Both the position numbers and the translations under genes were made by a program. 64,000 nucleotides of DNA from an uncultured cyanobacterium. Lineage in GTDB: Bacteria > Cyanobacteriota > Cyanobacteriia > PCC-6307 > Cyanobiaceae. Below the pieces are notes generated by a model, which had not been told where the DNA came from, searched no databases, and saw nothing but the letters and a program-made list of their open reading frames with translations. Positions 11,749 to 20,378 of the stretch are shown piece after piece. Positions within the stretch are counted from its first letter, which is position 1. Every line of letters starts with the position of its first letter. The stretch lies in the NCBI GenBank assembly GCA_963765575.1, contig CAVXWZ010000008.1:96001-160000 (forward strand), in the 5' to 3' direction.

Positions 11749-13089
11749 GTGTCTCTCCGGATTGTGCTGGTCCGCCACGGGCTCAGCAGCTTCAACGTCG
11801 AGCACCGGATCCAGGGCCGCGACGATTTGTCTTCCCTCACCGAGGCGGGCGTGGGCCAGGCCCGCGCCGCCGGCGCCGCCCTGGTCGCTGTGCCCCTTGA
11901 TGCGGCCTACAGCTCCCCCCTGCGGCGGGCTCGGGACACGGCCGGCCAGCTGCTCCTGGCCCAGGCCGGTGGCCTGACCCCCAGCTTCGATCAGGATCTG
12001 CTGGAGATTGATCTTGCTCCCTGGAGTGGCCTGCTGCGCCGCGAGCTGCGCGAGCGCTTCCCAAGCCAGGAGGCCATCTGGCGCACGGCTCCCCACCAGC
12101 TGGAGCTGGAGCGCCCTGACGGTGGTCGCTACCGACCCCTGCCGGAGTTGATGGAGCAGGCGGCCCGCTTCCATGCCCGCCTGCTGGAGCGCCATGGGTC
12201 TGCCCTCGATGGCGCCGACCAGAGTGTGCTCGTGGTTGCCCACAACGCCATCCTGCGCTGCCTGGTGCTCACCCTGCTGGGCCTCGATGCCAGCGGTTTT
12301 CGGCGCCTGCGGGTGGACAACGGCTCGATCTCGGTGCTCAATCTCAGCACTGGACCCACCGGGGCGCCGGCCGTGCAGGTGGAGTCGCTGAATGGCACCG
12401 CCCACCTGGGCGAGCCCCTGCCGCCCCGGGGCGGTGGTGCCCGTTTGCTGCTGGTGCGCCATGGCGAGACCGACTGGAACCGTCAGGGCCGCTTCCAGGG
12501 ACAGATCGACATTCCCCTGAATGCCAACGGCCTCGCCCAGGCCGACGCTGCAGGGGCGTTTCTGGCCACGACGAGCATTCAGCGCGCCTACACCAGTTCC
12601 ATGGCACGCCCGCGGCAGACCGCCGAACGGATCCTCGCCTCCCATCCGGGGGTGCCGCTCACCGCCAGCCGCGGCCTGGTGGAAATCGGCCATGGCCTCT
12701 GGGAGGGGCGGCTGGAGTGCGAGATCGCCGAGGGCTGGCCGCGCCTGCTGGCCGACTGGAAGCGGGCTCCGCAGACGGTGCAGATGCCCGAGGGGGAGAC
12801 CCTCGACGGGGTGTGGCAACGCTCCCTGGCCACCTGGCACACCATCGCCACCAGCCTCGATGCCGCTGAAACAGCTCTGGTGGTGGCCCACGACGCCGTC
12901 AACAAGACCATCCTCTGTGGGCTGCTGGGGCTCACCGCCGCCGATATCTGGATGATCAAGCAGGGCAATGGCGGCGTCACCGTGATCGACTATCCCCAGG
13001 GGGCGGGAGCCACGGCGGTGGTGGCGGCCCTGAACATCACCTCCCATCTCGGTGGAGTGCTCGACCGCACGGCCGCGGGGGCCCTGTAG
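11749..13089 (+). CDS. Two-domain histidine phosphatase (PGM family; probable phosphoserine phosphatase)
   Basis: Two RHG motifs (LVRHGLS, LVRHGETDWN), SSPLRRA, VVAH twice. Confidence 0.88.
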   Translation: MSLRIVLVRHGLSSFNVEHRIQGRDDLSSLTEAGVGQARAAGAALVAVPLDAAYSSPLRRARDTAGQLLLAQAGGLTPSFDQDLLEIDLAPWSGLLRRELRERFPSQEAIWRTAPHQLELERPDGGRYRPLPELMEQAARFHARLLERHGSALDGADQSVLVVAHNAILRCLVLTLLGLDASGFRRLRVDNGSISVLNLSTGPTGAPAVQVESLNGTAHLGEPLPPRGGGARLLLVRHGETDWNRQGRFQGQIDIPLNANGLAQADAAGAFLATTSIQRAYTSSMARPRQTAERILASHPGVPLTASRGLVEIGHGLWEGRLECEIAEGWPRLLADWKRAPQTVQMPEGETLDGVWQRSLATWHTIATSLDAAETALVVAHDAVNKTILCGLLGLTAADIWMIKQGNGGVTVIDYPQGAGATAVVAALNITSHLGGVLDRTAAGAL

Positions 13090-13096
13090 GTCGGTG

Positions 13097-14392
13097 ATGA
13101 CCCCTCCGCTCTGGCTGCGCCGGGTGCAGTTGCTCACCGGCCCCGGCCAGGGGCTACAGCGGCAGGATGCCCTGATCGACGGCCAGGGTTGCCTGCAGGG
13201 CTGGGGTGAATCGGCTGCCCGCCGCGCCTCGGAGCTGGGCCTCGAGCCGATTGCCGCCCACGGCTGGCTGCTGGCCCCCACGCTGGTGGATCCCCACAGC
13301 GTCCTGGAGCAGCCCTTCGAGGGCATGGCCGAGAGCCTCGACAGCCTGGCCCTAGCCGCGGCCGCCGGCGGCTACGGCACCGTGGCGCTGCTGCCCTGGG
13401 CCCAGCCCTGGCGGGACCGGCCCGAGCGGCTGCAGGGGTTGGCCTGGCCCGATCCCCTGCGGCTGATGCTCTGGGGCAGCTTCAGCGCCGAGGGCGCCGA
13501 TGCCGAGCTGGCCCCCCATGGCGACCAGCTGGCGGCGGGTGCGATCGGGGTGGCCGCAGGCGAGCAGGCCCCGCCACTGCCGTTGCTCGAACGGGGCCTG
13601 CTGCTGGGGGAGCTGGCCGACCGGCCGGTGCTGGTGCCCCCCCGCAGCGCCGCCCTCTGTGCCGGCGGATTCGTGCGCGAGGCGGTGGAGACCCTGCGGG
13701 CGGGCTGGCCACCGGATCCGGTGCTCAGCGAGACCCTCCCCCTGCAGTCCCTGCTGGCCCTGGCCGCGGCCCGCCCGGCCAGCCGCCTCACGCTGATGAA
13801 CCTCTCCACGGCCGCCGGCATCGCCCAGCTGCGTGCCGCCCCCGCTGCCCCGCCCTGCACGGTGAACTGGTGGCACCTGCTGGCCGACAGCGGCAGCCTC
13901 TCACCGGCGCAGGTGGGCTGGCGTCTGGTGCCGTCCCTGGGCAGCCCCCGCGACCGCCAGGCCCTGCGGACGGCGGCGCTGGAGGGCCTGATCAGCGCCG
14001 TGGCCGTGCATCACCGTCCCCTCGACGCCGAGGAGCAGTTGTTGCCCCTCGACCAGCGGCGGCCAGGCCTGGCCGGCCATGGGGCGCGCCACGGTCTGGT
14101 GCTGCCGCTGTTGTGGCGCGAGCTGGTGGAGGCCCACGGCTGCTCGGTGGAGCAGCTCTGGCAGTTGCTCAGCTGGGGCGGCTCGGCGGTGCTCGGTCTG
14201 CCGCCGGAACGCCTGGAGCTGGGCAGTCGCCGCTGGCTGCTGTTCGACCCCACGCAGCGCTGGACCTGGAGCCGGGCCGAGTCGCTGTCGCGGGCGGCGA
14301 ATCAGCCCCGGCTGGGGGCGCCCATCACCGGCGCGGTGCTGGCCACCGGGCTCAGGGAGCCGGCGAGCTGGCGGCTGACGTGGGCTCGCTGA
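13097..14392 (+). CDS. Dihydroorotase-like amidohydrolase (degenerate metal site)
   Basis: APTLVDPHS, AAAAGGYGTV, CTVNWWHL, LVPSLG, AVAVHHRP. Confidence 0.8.
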   Translation: MTPPLWLRRVQLLTGPGQGLQRQDALIDGQGCLQGWGESAARRASELGLEPIAAHGWLLAPTLVDPHSVLEQPFEGMAESLDSLALAAAAGGYGTVALLPWAQPWRDRPERLQGLAWPDPLRLMLWGSFSAEGADAELAPHGDQLAAGAIGVAAGEQAPPLPLLERGLLLGELADRPVLVPPRSAALCAGGFVREAVETLRAGWPPDPVLSETLPLQSLLALAAARPASRLTLMNLSTAAGIAQLRAAPAAPPCTVNWWHLLADSGSLSPAQVGWRLVPSLGSPRDRQALRTAALEGLISAVAVHHRPLDAEEQLLPLDQRRPGLAGHGARHGLVLPLLWRELVEAHGCSVEQLWQLLSWGGSAVLGLPPERLELGSRRWLLFDPTQRWTWSRAESLSRAANQPRLGAPITGAVLATGLREPASWRLTWAR

Positions 14393-15107
14393 GCGGCACC
14401 AGGCTGCCCATCTGATCGAAGGGGTAGAAGCGCAGGAAGGCCCGCCCGATGATCTCCTGCTGGGGAATGAAGGGGCCGCCGGGCCAGAAGCGGCCGTCCC
14501 AGCTGTTGGCCCGGTTGTCCCCCAGGGCGAGAACGTGGCCGGGGGGCACCACGGCGTTGATCGTGCGGCAGGGCCCCATGCCCTGGGCGTCCACCGGACA
14601 GAGGTTCTGGACGTAGGGCTCCTGGAGTCGGCGGCCGTTGATGCTGACCTGCCCCAGGGGATCCACCACCACCCGCTCGCCGGGCAGGGCCACCACCCGC
14701 TTGATGTAGGCGTCGCAGGCCGGGCTCGCCAGCCCCGGCAGATTGCCCACCACCGGCAGGTTCACCAGCAGGCAGCGCAGGGGATTGTGGTCGGCGCTGC
14801 TGGCCAGTACCGAATCGAAGCGGTGGGGGGAGTGGAACACCACGATCTCGCCGCGCTGCGGGGGCCGGCGGCGGTAGGTGAGTTTTTCCACCAGCAGCCG
14901 GTCCTGGATCTGCAGGCTGGGCAGCATGGAGCCGGAGGGGATGTAGCGGGCCTCCACCAGCACATGGCGGATGCCCAGGGCCACCGCCAGGGTGATGACC
15001 ACGCTGCGCCAGAACGCCCAGGGACTGTCGGCGTGCTGGGGGTGGCCTCCGCTCCCTACGGCCTCCTGACGCCCTTCCTCGGAGTCCTTCAGGTTGGGTT
15101 CACGCAA
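14352..15107 (-). CDS. lepB: Signal peptidase I (start uncertain)
   Basis: YIPSGSMLPSL, DRLLVEK, YIKRVVALPGE, LGDNRANSWDGRFW. Confidence 0.95.
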   Translation of the reverse strand: MREPNLKDSEEGRQEAVGSGGHPQHADSPWAFWRSVVITLAVALGIRHVLVEARYIPSGSMLPSLQIQDRLLVEKLTYRRRPPQRGEIVVFHSPHRFDSVLASSADHNPLRCLLVNLPVVGNLPGLASPACDAYIKRVVALPGERVVVDPLGQVSINGRRLQEPYVQNLCPVDAQGMGPCRTINAVVPPGHVLALGDNRANSWDGRFWPGGPFIPQQEIIGRAFLRFYPFDQMGSLVPLSEPTSAASSPAP

Positions 15108-15188
15108 CGGCAAGGGTCTCCTCCAGGGGGCCGGCGCACGCAGCGGCAGCCAAGGCAGATTAGGCAGGCCTTCCCCACCCCCCTGCCG

Positions 15189-16754
15189 ATGGTCCGCCCC
15201 CGCTGGCAGCGTCCCCGCCGTCCCTCGCGGAGCGTGCTGGAGCGCAACTGGGGGCGCTTCGTGGCGGTGTGGGCCAGCCTCAACCTGGTGTGGGTGGCCT
15301 TTGACCTCACCTACGTGGCCCTGCGCCCCTTCTGGCTGCAGCGCAATCTGCACCCGATTCCTGGCGTGCCCCTGACGGTGCCCCTGCGGATGCTGCCCGA
15401 CATCACACCCCTGATGGACCCGTTGAAGGGGATCGAGCCGCACCGGGAGACCCAGGCCTACCTGGACCAGTTCAACAGCCTCGATGCGGCCCTCGCCGGC
15501 GCCCCTGATCCCCTCGGCCCCGAGCAGCTGGCGTTGCTGCAGCAACAGGCGGAGCTCACCGAACAGATGATCGACACCGACCCCTTCCAGGGCTCAGGGC
15601 AGAGCGGCACGTTGGAGCGGATCAAGAATCTCCTGCGTGATCGGGCTGATCAGGATTCCGCCAAGCTCGCCTCCAGTCAGCTGCTCAGCCCGGCCTGGCT
15701 GCAGCAGCGGCCTTGGCTTGAGGAGCGCCAGTTCTGGCGCCAGCAGGTGCTGCCGCTGGTGGAGACCAACTACTGGCGCTCGATCAACGAGAACGCCCGG
15801 CCCACCGACGAGTCGTGGCGCATTGATCTGCTGCTCTTCCAGTGGGTGTTCCTGCTCGACATCCTGCTGCGGGTGGTGCGTCTGCGCCAGCGCATCCCCG
15901 GCCTGCGCTGGCGGGATGCCCTGCTGCGGCGCTGGATCGACCTGCCCCTGCTGCTGCCCTTCTGGCGCTGGCTGCGGATCGGGCCGGTGGTGGAGCGGCT
16001 GCAGACCTCCGGGCTGGCGAATTTCGAGCCCCTGCGGGCGGTTGTGAGTCGCGGTGTGGTGGCGTTGCTGGCCGTGGAGCTGTTCGAGGTGCTGGCCCTG
16101 CAGCTCATCGACGGCTTGCAGGGCCTGGTGCGCTCCCAGCGCTGGCCCCAGCGGATCCGCTCCCTGCGCAGTCACCAGTCGGTGATCCGCGATGAGGACG
16201 AGCGCCAGGTGCTGGAACTGCTGCGCATCTGGGGTCCGCTGCTGCTCTCGGAGGTGGCACCGCGCCTGGCGCCCGAACTCCAGGGCTTGCTGGGCTACAG
16301 CCTGCGTCAGAGCCTCGATCGCACCGTGGTGCCGCCGCCCCTGCGCCAGCTGAAGCCCCTGCTGCGCATTGAATCCGGCCTCAGCACCCAGCTGGCCGGG
16401 GGCATGGTGGACAGCCTGCTGGACCTCTCGCGCAGCACCGGCAAGCGGCTGGGCCGCACCGATGACGCCCAGATGGAGATGCTGCAGCGCTGCATTGACC
16501 GCTTCTGGGATGAACTGGCCCTGAGCCTGGAGACGGGGCCCGCCCTGGAGCGCTCCCAGGATCTGATCTGTGCCCTGATCGAGGGCTTGAAGAGCACCTA
16601 CCTGAGCCGGATCAGCCGGGCGCGCATCACTGCCCTGATCGAGGAGCTCGATCAGCTGATGGCCAGCCCCACCGCGGCGCCGGCCGGCAGCTTCGACGCC
16701 GATGCCCAGGCTGGCGACGAGCCGGAGGCGGGGTCGCCCGCCAGCCGCCGCTGA
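15189..16754 (+). CDS. Hypothetical membrane protein with voltage-sensor-like helices
   Basis: 521-aa ORF with host-like codon usage; TM1 WGRFVAVWASLNLVWVAFD, then FQWVFLLDILLR, RRWIDLPLLLP, FWRWLRIGPVVERL. Confidence 0.8.
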   Translation: MVRPRWQRPRRPSRSVLERNWGRFVAVWASLNLVWVAFDLTYVALRPFWLQRNLHPIPGVPLTVPLRMLPDITPLMDPLKGIEPHRETQAYLDQFNSLDAALAGAPDPLGPEQLALLQQQAELTEQMIDTDPFQGSGQSGTLERIKNLLRDRADQDSAKLASSQLLSPAWLQQRPWLEERQFWRQQVLPLVETNYWRSINENARPTDESWRIDLLLFQWVFLLDILLRVVRLRQRIPGLRWRDALLRRWIDLPLLLPFWRWLRIGPVVERLQTSGLANFEPLRAVVSRGVVALLAVELFEVLALQLIDGLQGLVRSQRWPQRIRSLRSHQSVIRDEDERQVLELLRIWGPLLLSEVAPRLAPELQGLLGYSLRQSLDRTVVPPPLRQLKPLLRIESGLSTQLAGGMVDSLLDLSRSTGKRLGRTDDAQMEMLQRCIDRFWDELALSLETGPALERSQDLICALIEGLKSTYLSRISRARITALIEELDQLMASPTAAPAGSFDADAQAGDEPEAGSPASRR

Positions 16755-16763
16755 GCCCAGCGC

Positions 16764-17111
16764 TCACCCCAGCAGCAACTGCTGCCACTCCTCGGGCTGG
16801 AAGCCCGTGAGCACGCGTCCATCGCCGGTGATCAGAAACGGTCGCCGGATCAGTTTGCCGTCGGCGGCCAGGGCCGCCAAGGCCTGCTCGTCGTCCATGG
16901 CCTGGACGGCCGCGGCTCCAAGGGCCCGGTAGCTCAGTCCGCTGGTGTTGAACAGCCGCTTGCGGCCGAGCTGCTCAAAGGCCAGGGCCAGCTCGGCCCG
17001 GCTGGGGGGGCGCTGGCTGATGTCGATGGGCTCGATCGTCAGACCGTTGACCTGGAGCCAGGCCAGGGCCTTGCGGCAGGTGCCGCAGCGGGGATAGCTG
17101 TAGAGCTTCAC
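16764..17111 (-). CDS. ArsC/Spx/MgsR family thioredoxin-fold protein
   Basis: YSYPRCGTCRKA, LFNTSGLSYR, GKLIRRP. Confidence 0.9.
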   Translation of the reverse strand: MKLYSYPRCGTCRKALAWLQVNGLTIEPIDISQRPPSRAELALAFEQLGRKRLFNTSGLSYRALGAAAVQAMDDEQALAALAADGKLIRRPFLITGDGRVLTGFQPEEWQQLLLG

Positions 17112-17138
17112 GGCCGGGGGGAGATGCCGGTGCCGCGC

Positions 17139-17501
17139 TCAGCGGCGGCCCACCAAGGCCTTGAGGGCTCCCATCAGGGAGTTGGACCCCTTGCCCACAG
17201 CCTCGTCGGGACGGGTGCGCACCGTGACGTCGCCGTTGACGCTGGTGCGGCAGCTGAGGCGAAAGTTGGCCGGACGGTCGGCCAGATAGACCTGCTCCAC
17301 ATCGCTGCGGGGCGAGAGGTTCTGCATGCCCTCGATCACCTCCATGACACAGGTGCCGCACTGGCCCAGCCCGCCGCAGTTGTTGAGGTTGTTCAGGCCC
17401 TTGTAGGGGTTGATGCCGGCATCGAGGGCCGCCTTGCGGAGATTGGCACCTTCAATGCAACCGACCTGCTGGCCTTCCTGTTCAAAACGGATGCTGGGCA
17501 C
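17139..17501 (-). CDS. 2Fe-2S ferredoxin-family protein (intact copy)
   Basis: GTG start; GANLRKAAL, NCGGLGQCGTC, RLSC. Confidence 0.9.
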   Translation of the reverse strand: MPSIRFEQEGQQVGCIEGANLRKAALDAGINPYKGLNNLNNCGGLGQCGTCVMEVIEGMQNLSPRSDVEQVYLADRPANFRLSCRTSVNGDVTVRTRPDEAVGKGSNSLMGALKALVGRR

Positions 17502-18015
17502 GGCCGGCTTGGGGGGTGAAGGGGGGGGGGGGGGGGGGTGGGGTGTGGGGGGGTGGGTGTGGGGTTGTGTGTGGTGGTGTTGGTGGGTTGTGTTTTTGTG
17601 GTGTGGTGGTGTTGTTTGGTGTTTTGTGGTGGTTTGTGGTGTTTTTTGGTTTGTGTTGTGGTGTGTGTGTGTTTTGTTTTTGTGGTGTTTGTGTTTGTGT
17701 GGTTGTGGTGTGTGGTGGTGGGTGTGTTGAGGGGGTGGGTGGGGTGAGCTGAGGCGAAAGTTGGCCGGACGGTCGGCCAGATAGACCTGCTCCACATCGC
17801 TGCGGGGCGAGAGGTTCTGCATGCCCTCGATCACCTCCATGACACAGGTGCCGCACTGGCCCAGCCCGCCGCAGTTGTTGAGGTTGTTCAGGCCCTTGTA
17901 GGGGTTGATGCCGGCATCGAGGGCCGCCTTGCGGAGATTGGCACCTTCAATGCAACCGACCTGCTGGCCTTCCTGTTCAAAACGGATGCTGGGCACGGCC
18001 GGCTTGGGGGGTGAA
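17252..18015. repeat. Exact 269-bp direct repeat (17252-17520 and 17747-18015)
   Basis: Identical by eye from AGCTGAGGCGAAAG to GGGGGGTGAA; offset 495 bp. Confidence 0.95.
17521..17746. other. 226-nt G/T low-complexity tract (probable read/assembly junk)
   Basis: Starts with a G18 run, then aperiodic G/T; one A (17730) and no C. Confidence 0.9.
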
Positions 18016-18047
18016 CAAGCCTCCAAACTTAGGACCTCCAGGGTCGG

Positions 18048-18794
18048 ATGCCTAGCATCGCCCCCAGATGTTGCGGGCCCTTGGGAGCGAACCAGCCAAG
18101 TCTTGACGCCACCAGTGGCGGCTCCGGCCAGGCCGGTGAATCCCAGGGCTATGACCTGGTGGTGCAGCAGCTGATCCCGGGCTACGCCAGCCTGGCCCGG
18201 CTGGCCGTGGCCCTGCTGGCGGCCTCTCCCCGGGCTGGCCGGCCGGGTTCCTCCGTGCTGGTGGCGGGCTGTGGCACCGGGGCCGAGCTGGTGGAGGCCC
18301 GGGCCCAGCGTCCCGACTGGCAAGTCACCGCCATCGACCCCTCCCTGGCGATGCTGGAGGCGGCCCGCAGTCGCCTGGGCGGGGAGGCGATCCACTGGCA
18401 GCAGGCGCGGGTGGAAGAGCTCGAGGCCCAGGATTGTTTCGCCGGCGCGCTTTCGGTGCTGGTGCTGCAGTCCTTGGCCGATGACGGCACCAAGCTCGCC
18501 TTCCTCACGGCCCTGGCCCGCAGCCTCGAGCCTGGCGGCCAGCTGGTGCTGGTGGACCTGATGGCTCCCGAGCGTTCGCCCCTGCAGGCCCAGGTGCAGG
18601 CTGCCTGGCTGGGCTTCCAGCGGGCCAGTGGTCTCGACGAGCGGGCGAGCCGCGAGGCCGCCCTCACCCAGCAGCTGCATCCGATTGGTGTGTCCCGGCT
18701 CACGGCCCTGGTGAACGCCGCTGGATTCGGCGATCCGGCCCGCATCTTCCAGGCCCTGGGCTACGAGGGCTTCCTGCTCCAGCGGGCGACCTAG
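18048..18794 (+). CDS. Class I SAM-dependent methyltransferase
   Basis: [43 protein letters not shown]. Confidence 0.88.
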   Translation: MPSIAPRCCGPLGANQPSLDATSGGSGQAGESQGYDLVVQQLIPGYASLARLAVALLAASPRAGRPGSSVLVAGCGTGAELVEARAQRPDWQVTAIDPSLAMLEAARSRLGGEAIHWQQARVEELEAQDCFAGALSVLVLQSLADDGTKLAFLTALARSLEPGGQLVLVDLMAPERSPLQAQVQAAWLGFQRASGLDERASREAALTQQLHPIGVSRLTALVNAAGFGDPARIFQALGYEGFLLQRAT

Positions 18795-19300
18795 GCCGCG
18801 GCGTCGATGCAGCGTTGCAGGAGCGCTGGCACCGCGTCCTCGTCCTGCCAGCCCAGGATCTCGGTGACGCGCCCCTCGATGCTCTTGTAGGTGCGGAAGA
18901 ATTCGGCCACCTCCTCAAGCTGCTCGTTGGCGATCTGACGGATCGAGCTCACGCGCCGGTTGGGGATGTCGGCCTCCGGCACGCACAGCAGCTTGCCGTC
19001 GTGGGCGCCGCTGTCGACCATGTCCAGGATGCCGATCGGACGGGCCCGGATCAGACAGCCCGCGAAGGTGGGCTCCTCGATGATCACCAGGGCATCGAGG
19101 GGTGAGCCGTCCTCGGCGAGGGTGTTCGGCACGAAGCCGTAGTCGAAGGGATAGCGCACCGAGGAGTGCAGGATCCGGTCGAGGGCCATGACGCCGGCAA
19201 GGGCGTTGTACTCGTATTTATTGCGCGAGCCAGCGGGGATTTCCACCACCAGGTTCACGAGCCCTGGTGCTGGGGATGCCGGCAGTTGGCTCAGATCCAT
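18791..19300 (-). CDS. ppa: Family I inorganic pyrophosphatase, cyanobacterial type (DGSPLD variant)
   Basis: [43 protein letters not shown]. Confidence 0.9.
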   Translation of the reverse strand: MDLSQLPASPAPGLVNLVVEIPAGSRNKYEYNALAGVMALDRILHSSVRYPFDYGFVPNTLAEDGSPLDALVIIEEPTFAGCLIRARPIGILDMVDSGAHDGKLLCVPEADIPNRRVSSIRQIANEQLEEVAEFFRTYKSIEGRVTEILGWQDEDAVPALLQRCIDAAA

Positions 19301-19544
19301 GGACGCGGGCTGGATCCGCAGGGGGATCGGGGGATGGTGGGCGTGCCACCAGCACGGTGACGAGGGGCAGGAGCACGGCCATCAGGCCGATCAGGCTGCC
19401 GGCGGCATCCAGGAGCGTGCGTAGGCCTGGACTGTAGGGGTCGTCGGTGTTGTCGTCGCCGGCCTCGCGATGGAGGGCGGCGCTGGCGGACTCCCGGTGG
19501 GCAGACGCCGCTGGGGCGGAGGCCGGTTCAGAGGTGACGGTCAT
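19218..19544 (-). CDS. Small hypothetical membrane protein
   Basis: One hydrophobic segment ([20 protein letters not shown]); overlaps the ppa start by 83 nt. Confidence 0.45.
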   Translation of the reverse strand: MTVTSEPASAPAASAHRESASAALHREAGDDNTDDPYSPGLRTLLDAAGSLIGLMAVLLPLVTVLVARPPSPDPPADPARVHGSEPTAGIPSTRAREPGGGNPRWLAQ

Positions 19545-19694
19545 GGGGTGGGCGCCGGAGCGACACCACAGGGGGCGGCGGCTCTGAAGGCACCGGGAAC
19601 GCCGGCGGGGGCGGACATGGTGAGTTCATAATTCTGACACCAGAGGCTTCCGTTGACGACGGTTGGCTGGGGGGCCTCTGCTGCAGCGGCGGCC

Positions 19695-20252
19695 TCAGGC
19701 GGCTGGTCGGTTCTGCTGGTCGAATCGGCTGCCGCTGGTGGCGGGACGGAGCGTGTCGCCAGGCCCCTGATCGAGGCGGTCGAGGCGCTGACGGATCGCC
19801 TGCAGTTCGCCCAGAATCGCCGTGAGCAGCTCCTGACTGGCGGTGGAGGGCGAGTTGAGCACCTCCACGGTGACGTCCTTGATGCGCAGCACGTCGCGGG
19901 CGAAGCGGGCGACTTCGTCGGGGTGGAAGAGCAGCGGATCCTTCTGATCTGTGCGGTATTCGGGGTTCAGCCGGCGCGGGTTGAAGGGTGGGTTGAGCTG
20001 GCGCGGGTCGGTGTTGGTGTAGCGATACACCGAAGCTCGCGAGCGATTGAGGGCGTTTTGGACCTCATCGATGCCGATCAGGCCTGCGCTGGAGCCGCTG
20101 GGGCCCTCCTGGTGCGAGGCCGCAGAGACCAGGGGGATGGGATCTGCTGAGACGGGTGCTGGCTGGGTTGGCTGCTGGGCTGGTGAATGGGCTGGTGGCT
20201 GGGGCTCAAAGGAGCGGCCCAGGGGATCGGCACTGCCTGGGCTGGCGGGCAT
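19695..20252 (-). CDS. Excisionase/MerR-like HTH protein with coiled coil (often labelled 'resolvase')
   Basis: IGIDEVQNALNRSRASVYRY HTH, LLFHPDEVARFA wing, LLTAILGELQAIRQRL coiled coil. Confidence 0.75.
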   Translation of the reverse strand: MPASPGSADPLGRSFEPQPPAHSPAQQPTQPAPVSADPIPLVSAASHQEGPSGSSAGLIGIDEVQNALNRSRASVYRYTNTDPRQLNPPFNPRRLNPEYRTDQKDPLLFHPDEVARFARDVLRIKDVTVEVLNSPSTASQELLTAILGELQAIRQRLDRLDQGPGDTLRPATSGSRFDQQNRPAA

Positions 20253-20378
20253 GAGACGCGGCTGAGACTGATGGGAATTGATTGCAAGTTAGCAGGGGCT
20301 TGCCCCCCCCCGATGTGCCTTCGGTGACCAGTCTCAGGGGCAGTGGTAGCTTCCGCCGGACCCCCGCTGCCAGCCGCC

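Noticed and set aside
10201..13326. 1041-aa fusion protein
   Set aside because: The N-terminal ~570 aa are antisense to the histidine phosphatase; only the C-terminal CPBP part has motifs.
17252..18015. CRISPR array, DGR TR/VR pair or mobile-element target duplication
   Set aside because: Only two long identical copies, no A-specific mismatches, and no cas, RT or transposase gene in the window.
17139..18680. 513-aa ORF as a novel tandem ferredoxin with a His-rich linker
   Set aside because: The linker is the translation of the C/A tract, the repeats are identical, and the N-terminal part is antisense to the methyltransferase. An artefact is far more likely.
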